37,256 nt of DNA, taken from the IMG/VR virus record IMGVR_UViG_3300008018_000002. One strand, written 5' to 3'. A program made the translations under genes and the position numbers. This document shows, one piece after another, positions 1 through 6,279 of the stretch. The notes under the pieces are model-generated. The model saw nothing but the letters and a program-made list of their open reading frames with translations. It had not been told where the DNA came from and did not search any database. This DNA comes from a virus. How positions within the stretch are numbered: the first letter of the stretch is position 1; each line of letters opens with the position of its first letter.

Positions 1-112
1 ACCGTCGATTTGACGATTACGGGCGCACAGGTCGCCCGACGATCATCACGGGAGAGATGGAAAGGGCGATCCGATCCATCCCAAAAGCCCGCAAAAATAA
101 TTGTGCCGAACG
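1..112. repeat. terminal direct repeat, left copy
   Basis: 1-112 is base-for-base identical to 37145-37256 and the match runs to both window edges. Unit genome length is 37144 bp. Either a circular-assembly overlap or true terminal redundancy. Confidence 0.95.
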
Positions 113-437
113 ATCAAGAGGAGGCACGCCGCAAATGAGTAACGAATCCAAGAAAGGCGCTGATCGGCGTTGCCTCCCTCGCCTTGTTCGGCTTGAGCGG
201 GGCGACGGGCAAGCCGTGAATCCTGCCTACTCATCGGACGGCTACGAAGAGTTTTGCCAGCGCGAAAAAGACAAGGGTCTTCGACGCGACCTGTGGGACA
301 AACTCCCAGAATTGTGGGAGCGAGAGCTTGAGTTCCGAGCCAAGTTTGAGGCGGCACTGGCAAAATTTTCTGAGCCGAACGATCAAGAGGAGGCATCCGC
401 CGACGAGAACCTCAACCGAAGCCAGAAAACTTTATGA
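3..437 (+). CDS. HTH-domain protein, 3' part of an ORF that starts at 37051 and crosses the terminal repeat (176 aa on the circular map)
   Basis: The frame is continuous with 37051..37256 through the repeat. The stop TGA overlaps the next ATG (ATGA at 434). An in-frame internal ATG at 135 is preceded by AAGAGGAGG. Confidence 0.6.
   Translation, partial: RRFDDYGRTGRPTIITGEMERAIRSIPKARKNNCAERSRGGTPQMSNESKKGADRRCLPRLVRLERGDGQAVNPAYSSDGYEEFCQREKDKGLRRDLWDKLPELWERELEFRAKFEAALAKFSEPNDQEEASADENLNRSQKTL
105..126 (+). repeat. 22-bp perfect direct repeat, copy 1 (GCCGAACGATCAAGAGGAGGCA)
   Basis: Identical 22-mer at 374-395. Translated here as AERSRGG. Confidence 0.9.
374..395 (+). repeat. 22-bp perfect direct repeat, copy 2
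   Basis: Identical to 105-126 but read in a different codon phase of the same ORF (EPNDQEEA). Confidence 0.9.
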
Positions 438-1021
438 TACCAGACACCTTTGAAGAAACGCTAGAAGGCGGATTACCATCCGCGCCTTGTTCCCCGTCTT
501 TTCGGCGAGTGTGGGCGATGCCGAACTCAGACACGTTCAGCGTGCCGCCGATGGGCGACATGGTGAAGCGATACCTGCGGACGGCAAAAGTCTCGGTCGA
601 TCCCTTCGCCCGAAACAAACGATGGGCGACCCACACGAACGATCTAAACCCCGAGACAGAAGCGGAACACCACATGGACGCTGAGGAGTTCCTATGGATG
701 CTCCGGGATCAGGGCGTGCGGTGTGATCTCGCTATCCTTGACCCGCCATACTCCCCGCGCCAAATCTCCGAATGCTACAAGGCGGCTGGCCTGTCGGTGG
801 GTATGAAGGAGACGCAAAACGCTGCGCTCTACTCCCGCGTGAAACACGCCTTGTCGCAAATCCTGACCCCGGAAGCAATCGTCCTCAGCTTCGGCTGGAA
901 CAGCTGTGGGATGGGCAAGAAATATGGTATGGAGATCATCGAAATGATGAACGTGTGCCACGGCGGGGCGCACAACGACACGATCTGCATCGCCGAAAAA
1001 CAAGAACCACGACTCCTATGA
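434..1021 (+). CDS. DNA methyltransferase, N6-adenine/N4-cytosine type (DPPY motif)
   Basis: ILDPPYSP catalytic motif. Upstream VDPFARN resembles the AdoMet-binding motif. ATGA coupling to the upstream ORF. Confidence 0.75.
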   Translation: MIPDTFEETLEGGLPSAPCSPSFRRVWAMPNSDTFSVPPMGDMVKRYLRTAKVSVDPFARNKRWATHTNDLNPETEAEHHMDAEEFLWMLRDQGVRCDLAILDPPYSPRQISECYKAAGLSVGMKETQNAALYSRVKHALSQILTPEAIVLSFGWNSCGMGKKYGMEIIEMMNVCHGGAHNDTICIAEKQEPRLL

Positions 1022-1218
1022 AATACAAATACGAAATCAACCCGTGCCGCCGTGATGGCGACAGCTTCGAGAAATGCGACGAAACAGCGACGGACATCGC
1101 CACATGGAGCGTCTATCGACGCGGAGACGATGACCTCGCGGAATGGTTGAGCGACCACGAAACGAAAGTCGCCGCCGAAACCGAGATGGAGCGTCTTCAG
1201 TCTTCGGGGAACGCTTAA
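1018..1218 (+). CDS. hypothetical protein (66 aa)
   Basis: The ATG overlaps the methyltransferase stop (ATGA). The acidic sequence looks protein-like. Confidence 0.5.
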   Translation: MKYKYEINPCRRDGDSFEKCDETATDIATWSVYRRGDDDLAEWLSDHETKVAAETEMERLQSSGNA

Positions 1219-1235
1219 ATCCTCCTACCGCTGCC

Positions 1236-2171
1236 ATGAACTCCACTCCGATAGCTCCCGCGACTCCTAACCAACTTCCCGCTGGTCGGCATATCATCCC
1301 GATCAGCGGGAAAGATTCGTTGGCGACGGCCATCATCCAGACCGCACACCAGCCCGATCTGGAATACGAATACATCTACAACGACACCCGGATGGAGCTG
1401 CCGGAAACCTACGCTTGGATAGACAATGTGGAAACGGTAATGGGGATCACAATCACCCGCGCAGGAAAGAGTCTGGCCGCGATCATCGCGGAACAAAAAA
1501 TACTGCCGTCGCCGATGACGCGATACTGCACCAAATACGCGAAAATCTTCCCGATGCGCGACTACATCGGAAAGGATGCGGCAACGATCTACATCGGAAT
1601 CCGTGCCGACGAAGATCGCCCAGGCGCTCAGGAAACCAAAAACCTCACAGTCCGCTATCCACTCAAGGAAATGGGTGTGAATCTCGCCCTCGTGTATCGC
1701 CTCGTGGAAGGCAAAGACCTAATGCCTCCAGCCTTCTTCTGGCAGCGCATCTATGACGGCGTAGTCGCCGCCCTTGGCTCTGAATCATGGATCATCACCG
1801 AACTACCAAAATGGATCTTCGACCGAACCTTCGCATGGCGCTCACGCCCCAACTGCTACATGTGCTTCTACCAACGCCGCTACGAATGGTGCGGACTGCT
1901 GGAACATCACCCGGATCTCTTCGCCGAGGCGGAAGCCATCGAATCGCGGCACGGCTACTCGGAAAACACCAAGAAACACGCCTTCCTGTGGATCGGGCAG
2001 GACATGCCACTGTCCTACATCCGCGACAACTTCGAGCGGATCGTGCAAACGCGGATCGATGCGGTCGCGAAGCTCCTGCGGAAGCGACTGCAAATGGATC
2101 TCTTCACCGATGCACTCTTCGACGAACTCGAAGCCGCTCAAACGTCCTGCGGCCTATACTGCGGGAAATGA
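1236..2171 (+). CDS. PP-loop ATPase, PAPS-reductase-like (IbrA/DndC-type)
   Basis: N-terminal IPISGKDSLATAI resembles the SGGKDS PP-loop. The C-terminal SCGLYCGK resembles the ECGLH tail of PAPS/APS reductases. This is the first ATG after the upstream stop. Confidence 0.7.
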   Translation: MNSTPIAPATPNQLPAGRHIIPISGKDSLATAIIQTAHQPDLEYEYIYNDTRMELPETYAWIDNVETVMGITITRAGKSLAAIIAEQKILPSPMTRYCTKYAKIFPMRDYIGKDAATIYIGIRADEDRPGAQETKNLTVRYPLKEMGVNLALVYRLVEGKDLMPPAFFWQRIYDGVVAALGSESWIITELPKWIFDRTFAWRSRPNCYMCFYQRRYEWCGLLEHHPDLFAEAEAIESRHGYSENTKKHAFLWIGQDMPLSYIRDNFERIVQTRIDAVAKLLRKRLQMDLFTDALFDELEAAQTSCGLYCGK

Positions 2172-2221
2172 AATTCTCTCCCCTGAACGCCACAAGCTAG
2201 GCATCCCAGCCCTCAGAAAGC

Positions 2222-2250
2222 TTACACGATGCCCTCAAAATCCATATAAT
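2222..2250 (+). promoter_or_regulatory. sigma70-type promoter candidate TTACAC-17 nt-TATAAT
   Basis: TTACAC at 2222-2227 and TATAAT at 2245-2250, in the 147-nt gap upstream of ATG 2319. Confidence 0.55.
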
Positions 2251-2318
2251 CAAACAACCCCGATCAGTCCAGCGGCTGGGATTGCCTACGCTGACTTGTT
2301 CGATCTCTTCAATTCATT

Positions 2319-2912
2319 ATGCCGTATAAAGATAAAGACGCTGCAAAACGCAGAAAGCGCGAATGGTATCTGAAAAACCGGGAACGCCTACTTGCCGAAT
2401 CCGCCGAGAAATACAAAGAGAATGCCGACGAAATCAAAGCCAAGGTGAACGCTCACTACCATGAGAACAGGGATGAAATCCGAAAGCGGCGCGACGAACT
2501 GAATGCCGCCAACCCAGAGCAGAAGAAGCGATGGGATGCGCGATACAGGGAGGCAAATCGTGACAAGATCAATGAATGGGTGAAGGCGAATCGTGAAATC
2601 GTAAATGCGTGGAAAAAACGCCACTACAAGAGGCACGGGGAAAAGGTGAAAGCCTACAACCGATCCAAAAACAACGGATGGGAGAAAGCTCCCCAACGGA
2701 TGCAACTATGGGAAATCCACGATGACGCAATGCTCTTCAACTCCGAACTATCAGACAAGGATCTCGCTAAGGAATTAGGCCGTAGTGTGATGGCCGTAAG
2801 CACTCGCCGCTCTATACTTAAGAGTGAATACGGCGACGACGAAATTTCTTCATCGAACGTCAAGGTGAAGTGCGGCAACGCCTCGCCTCCAACCAAATCA
2901 GACGGCGAGTAG
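2319..2912 (+). CDS. basic repeat protein with C-terminal HTH-like segment
   Basis: Degenerate K/R/E-rich repeats of the form (W/Y)xxN(R/K)(D/E)x(I/L), e.g. WYLKNRERL, YHENRDEI, YREANRDKI, VKANREIV. The C-terminal LSDKDLAKELGRSVMAVSTRRSILK is HTH-like. Confidence 0.6.
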   Translation: MPYKDKDAAKRRKREWYLKNRERLLAESAEKYKENADEIKAKVNAHYHENRDEIRKRRDELNAANPEQKKRWDARYREANRDKINEWVKANREIVNAWKKRHYKRHGEKVKAYNRSKNNGWEKAPQRMQLWEIHDDAMLFNSELSDKDLAKELGRSVMAVSTRRSILKSEYGDDEISSSNVKVKCGNASPPTKSDGE

Positions 2913-2920
2913 CCGTCACT

Positions 2921-2938
2921 TCGACCGCCTTGTTAGGC
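2921..2938 (+). repeat. recurrent intergenic 18-mer TCGACCGCCTTGTTAGGC
   Basis: 17/18 identical to 35945-35962. Both copies end 32-34 nt before the next ATG. Related copies lie at 3845-3865 and 181-194. Confidence 0.8.
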
Positions 2939-2970
2939 TTCTTCCGAACTAATCTCAAACCTCGAATACC

Positions 2971-3546
2971 ATGAAACTACTGCCTGAAAACCCTACGCAA
3001 TTCGACTACCTGCACGCCATCCGCGCCCTAGCTGCGAGGGGAGATATGAGCGCCGTCCCGAAGCTTAAAGAGATATTCAATCTAGCGGACGCTGGGATGT
3101 TCGCCAAAAAGGAACCGCCAGCGCATATTCGCCTCTGCGGATGGCGCGGGATGGCGGGCGGTGACGGTTGTATCCTTCCGCTCGGACACGATGGCGGGCA
3201 TGGATTCAGGGACGGCTCCGGTTATCTGCCTAACGTCATAGGAGATGTGGCGGCGGCTTGCACGCCCAAAAAAGATCAGACGGCTTCCTCGCCGTCACAT
3301 CCTCCGGCTTGTTCGCTTTTCTTCGATTGCGAGATAACGCCACCGCCCGATAACGTGCGGGTTGTGTTCTTCATCATGCCTTATCGTGTGTGGTGGTTCG
3401 GGAAAATGATGTATGGGGAAATCTGTATGCCTACCGCACCGCCCAAGGCAAAAGCCATCTACTGGATTCCCCTTCCGTTGGTTCCAGAGTCACCGGATAC
3501 TGACCGCTGGGAAATCACTGAGTCGATGAAAGTCCGCAAAGCATGA
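2971..3546 (+). CDS. hypothetical protein (191 aa)
   Basis: Long ORF in the co-directional gene array. No motif recognised. Its 3' end overlaps the convergent ORF 3459..3728 by 88 nt. Confidence 0.5.
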   Translation: MKLLPENPTQFDYLHAIRALAARGDMSAVPKLKEIFNLADAGMFAKKEPPAHIRLCGWRGMAGGDGCILPLGHDGGHGFRDGSGYLPNVIGDVAAACTPKKDQTASSPSHPPACSLFFDCEITPPPDNVRVVFFIMPYRVWWFGKMMYGEICMPTAPPKAKAIYWIPLPLVPESPDTDRWEITESMKVRKA

Positions 3547-3728
3547 AACTGATTCGAAATTCTCGACCAATCTTCCTGCCTCTTAGAATAGCTCTTATGA
3601 CTGGAAAGCTCCTTCAAATGATTCCTCAGATAACCAGAATGTTCATCAATGTAGTTGCTCTGGTAGTTGTCGCATTCTCTCAAGAGCGCCTTAACTGCCG
3701 CAAAATCTTCGTATTCAAGGGGTTCCAT
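3459..3728 (-). CDS. hypothetical protein (89 aa), - strand, low-GC island
   Basis: ATG start at 3728, preceded by a conserved upstream element shared with the other - strand gene. The translation looks helical and protein-like. Confidence 0.45.
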   Translation of the reverse strand: MEPLEYEDFAAVKALLRECDNYQSNYIDEHSGYLRNHLKELSSHKSYSKRQEDWSRISNQFHALRTFIDSVISQRSVSGDSGTNGRGIQ

Positions 3729-3735
3729 AATTTAT

Positions 3736-3760
3736 TAGCGAACGTCAGAGTCTATCCACC
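3736..3760 (-). promoter_or_regulatory. conserved upstream element, copy 1 (+ strand TAGCGAACGTCAGAGTCTATCCACC)
   Basis: 21 of 24 aligned positions match 4395-4418. Lies 7 nt upstream of the - strand ATG at 3728. Contains the DnaA-box-like CTATCCACC. Confidence 0.6.
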
Positions 3761-3815
3761 CGCTCCCACTCAGCGCACTCCGCAGCACGAAAAAGGGGGT
3801 GACAAGTGAGCGGGT

Positions 3816-4382
3816 TCATTGGACGGCGGGGAGCGGGTTGGATACGACGCCTTGTTCGCTTCTTCTTTTTTCTTGGTAAGCCATGCCAGTCTTGGAGAGC
3901 CACCAACCTTTCGGGTTTGGAAATCCATCTCGCTGGGCGCCCCACTTCGGAGCGCCAGCCATCTTTGGAGTCATGCGCTCTAACCCGAAAAGAGCACTTT
4001 CAACATCTACGCGATTCCTCCCAGACTTCTCTTCAAGCTCCTCAAGGGTATATCGCTCAGGGTAATAGCAATACATTATATCCATCAGGGAATGCTGTAA
4101 TTCAGAAAACCTATCGTCGTGATTGGGATTCACTATTAGATCGGATAAACGTTGCCTTCTCGCTACACGATACGAGCACACCACAGCGATCAGCAATAAA
4201 TTCGCAATCGTGGAAACCCAGAGTGTGTATGCTAGGATTTTGTTGGCTGTGGATAACCCTGACCACAGTAGGAACAATGGAAGCACCAGAGTCCCGAATC
4301 CTAGAATCACTTTGGCAAATGTCTTTTGTAATGCCTCAACTTGGCTGGATAGCCATTCCTCTAATGATTCGGATAAAAGCAT
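3816..4382 (-). CDS. membrane protein, 2-3 predicted TM helices plus soluble C-terminal domain
   Basis: Hydrophobic stretches VILGFGTLVLPLFLLWSGL and ILAYTLWVSTIANLLLIAVVC. ATG at 4382 (the ORF track starts at TTG 4388). The opposite-strand ORF 3806..4438 looks non-coding. Confidence 0.55.
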   Translation of the reverse strand: MLLSESLEEWLSSQVEALQKTFAKVILGFGTLVLPLFLLWSGLSTANKILAYTLWVSTIANLLLIAVVCSYRVARRQRLSDLIVNPNHDDRFSELQHSLMDIMYCYYPERYTLEELEEKSGRNRVDVESALFGLERMTPKMAGAPKWGAQRDGFPNPKGWWLSKTGMAYQEKRRSEQGVVSNPLPAVQ

Positions 4383-4394
4383 CTTCAAATTTTC

Positions 4395-4418
4395 TAGCGA
4401 ACGTAGAGCCTATTCACG
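4395..4418 (-). promoter_or_regulatory. conserved upstream element, copy 2 (+ strand TAGCGAACGTAGAGCCTATTCACG)
   Basis: Matches 3736-3760. Lies 12 nt upstream of the - strand ATG at 4382. Confidence 0.6.
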
Positions 4419-4469
4419 GCGGGGAGGACTCCGCCTAAATCAGAGAGCTGGCCGCCGTTGAATACGGCG

Positions 4470-4478
4470 TCTACGTTC
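4470..4478 (+). promoter_or_regulatory. partial third copy TCTACGTTC, inverted relative to 4399-4407
   Basis: Reverse complement of GAACGTAGA at 4399-4407. Lies 32 nt upstream of ATG 4511, in the same orientation to its gene as the two long copies. Confidence 0.4.
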
Positions 4479-4510
4479 TCCACTCTTAATTCAACCCCAA
4501 GACTACGAAT

Positions 4511-4744
4511 ATGGAAACTGAAACACCTGAAACTGATGCTAAACACCACGAGATTGCACAACTTGATTGTAGCGATCTATACCGATACAGACACATGCAG
4601 CTACACGCCCGCAAGCTGGAACGCGATCTAAATAAATGCCAAGCAGCTCTCGTGAAGCTCGATCAAATCTACCGCGCCGGCCTATGCAATGAGCCTGTGC
4701 GCCCCGAGTGGATCGCAAAATGGATTCCCATGGAGAACAGCTAA
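4511..4744 (+). CDS. hypothetical protein (77 aa)
   Basis: ORF with an ATG start following the divergent intergenic region. Confidence 0.45.
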   Translation: METETPETDAKHHEIAQLDCSDLYRYRHMQLHARKLERDLNKCQAALVKLDQIYRAGLCNEPVRPEWIAKWIPMENS

Positions 4745-4769
4745 TTATACAGAACCAGAACCAACAACC

Positions 4770-5189
4770 ATGAGTCAAACAAAGAACTTACCCGAAATCC
4801 TCCAGAAAGTCCCGTTCGCAACGCTGATGACCGAGATCAACCGCCGAACCAGCCCATCGAAAGGAATGCACCTGATAAACGACACAGTAGCCGACACGTT
4901 CCGGCTCGACCCATACGAGCTACGTTTCGCAAGGCCGCACACACGATCAGTAGCGCCAGCCAGGTATGCAGCGATGATACTCATGAGGCGGCTAATGGAT
5001 GCGCGATGGGACGAAATCGCGACCTACTATGACGTAACCAAAGGCACAGCCGCTAAGTCGCTGGTCTATTTTGAGACCCATCGCAACCGGAGCGAGGAAT
5101 ACAGGGCGAGGGCTGAATGGGCTGAGGCACAACTACTCCAGTTAAATAATCGCAACTGCTTAAGGCAAATTGCACAGGAGCAAGCATAG
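4770..5189 (+). CDS. DnaA domain IV-like helix-turn-helix protein
   Basis: RSVAPARYAAMILMRRLMDARWDEIATYYDVTKGTAAKSLVYFE parallels the DnaA C-terminal DNA-binding domain pattern RSVAxPRQxAMxLxxxLTxxSLxxIGxxFGxRDHTTVxHA. Confidence 0.55.
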   Translation: MSQTKNLPEILQKVPFATLMTEINRRTSPSKGMHLINDTVADTFRLDPYELRFARPHTRSVAPARYAAMILMRRLMDARWDEIATYYDVTKGTAAKSLVYFETHRNRSEEYRARAEWAEAQLLQLNNRNCLRQIAQEQA

Positions 5190-5202
5190 GATAACAATTG
5201 TA

Positions 5203-5499
5203 ATGAAAGGTAAAATCATGTCAAGAAAGAACGATGTAGCCCTTATGGGGCAAGGGATGGGTAAAACGACGAGATCCTTTAAACAAGTGATGAAACGCAA
5301 GAATGATAGGCTTAGGCAAGTTGAGGACAGGTTAAACAAGGCATGCCTCAAGCTTGATGAGGCTACTGACGCGCTAAATCGAATCTTGAAGACCGAAGAT
5401 GATTGCAATCAATGCGATCCTTGGTCGGCGCTGGAATCCATTAGCGCAATCGCTCACAATGCACTAGCAGGCTTGATATTGGACGGGAAAGAGGGGTAG
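5203..5499 (+). CDS. hypothetical protein (98 aa; alternative start 5218)
   Basis: Low-GC ORF with a coiled-coil-like sequence. AAAGG lies 7 nt before ATG 5218, so the start is ambiguous. Confidence 0.4.
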   Translation: MKGKIMSRKNDVALMGQGMGKTTRSFKQVMKRKNDRLRQVEDRLNKACLKLDEATDALNRILKTEDDCNQCDPWSALESISAIAHNALAGLILDGKEG

Positions 5500-5661
5500 G
5501 ATCAGTGAGAACGATGAGAAAGGAACGAAATGCAGCGCGTAACAGCATGATAATCAACGACTTAGAAAAAGGTAACCTCTTAAACGACCGTTTAGAAGAG
5601 CGGAGTGCCGACTCCGGGGAAAACCTATGATTTTTGAAATCAAACAAAGTAACAAACCAAA

Positions 5662-6279
5662 ATGAACGAAACCAAACAGAAAATTGAGATGATGCGAACG
5701 GCGGATTTGATCCCCTATGCCCGCAACAGCAGGACTCACAGCGAAATGCAAGTGGCGCAGATCGCCGGAAGTATCCGAGAGTTTGGATGGACGAATCCTG
5801 TCCTGATCGACGCAGAGAACGGCATCATTGCCGGACATGGCCGGGTGATGGCAGCGCAGCTACTCGGCGCGGACAAGGTGCCGTGCATCCGGATCGAACA
5901 TCTGACTGAGACGCAGAAGCGGGCTTACATCATCGCGGACAACAAGCTGGCCCTCAACTCGGGATGGGATGAGGAGATGCTAGGACTGGAGCTGGCGGAC
6001 TTACGGGAAATGGACTTTGATCTTGGCTTGCTCGGATTCAGCGAGGAAGAGCTAGGCTCATTCGACATCGAAGAATCCGATATGCCGGATCTCTCCGACG
6101 CTGACAAGCAGCCCTTCCAGCAGATGACATTTACCGTGCATGATGAGCAGGCCGAGGATGTGGAGTCGGCAATCCGCAAGGCAAAGCAGATGGGACACGG
6201 AGAATCAGCCGTAAACGAAAACAGCAACGGCAACGCTCTCGCATTCATCTGCCAATCCTTCAACCGGGTGAATCCATGA
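5662..6279 (+). CDS. ParB-like N-terminal (nuclease/sulfiredoxin-like) domain protein
   Basis: LIPYARNSRTHSEMQVAQIAGSIREFGWTNPVLID...IIAGHGRVMAAQLLG is the typical ParB N-terminal domain signature. No partition HTH or ParA partner was seen. Confidence 0.8.
   Translation: MNETKQKIEMMRTADLIPYARNSRTHSEMQVAQIAGSIREFGWTNPVLIDAENGIIAGHGRVMAAQLLGADKVPCIRIEHLTETQKRAYIIADNKLALNSGWDEEMLGLELADLREMDFDLGLLGFSEEELGSFDIEESDMPDLSDADKQPFQQMTFTVHDEQAEDVESAIRKAKQMGHGESAVNENSNGNALAFICQSFNRVNP

Noticed and set aside
1143-1235. The upstream extension of the PAPS-reductase-like ORF given in the ORF track.
   Set aside because: It overlaps the preceding gene 1018..1218 by 76 nt and has an Arg-rich sequence. The first ATG after that gene's stop, at 1236, was used instead.
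3806-4438. A 210-aa + strand ORF opposite the - strand membrane-protein gene.
   Set aside because: The translation (RRGAGWIRRLVRFFFFLGK...) looks non-coding. The - strand frame has clear TM helices, an ATG start and a conserved upstream element.
5514-5630. A 38-aa ORF in the AT-rich gap upstream of the ParB-like gene. The 31-aa ORF at 27900..27995 was considered in the same way.
   Set aside because: Both are too short, with no ribosome-binding site or coupling evidence. They cannot be distinguished from chance ORFs.
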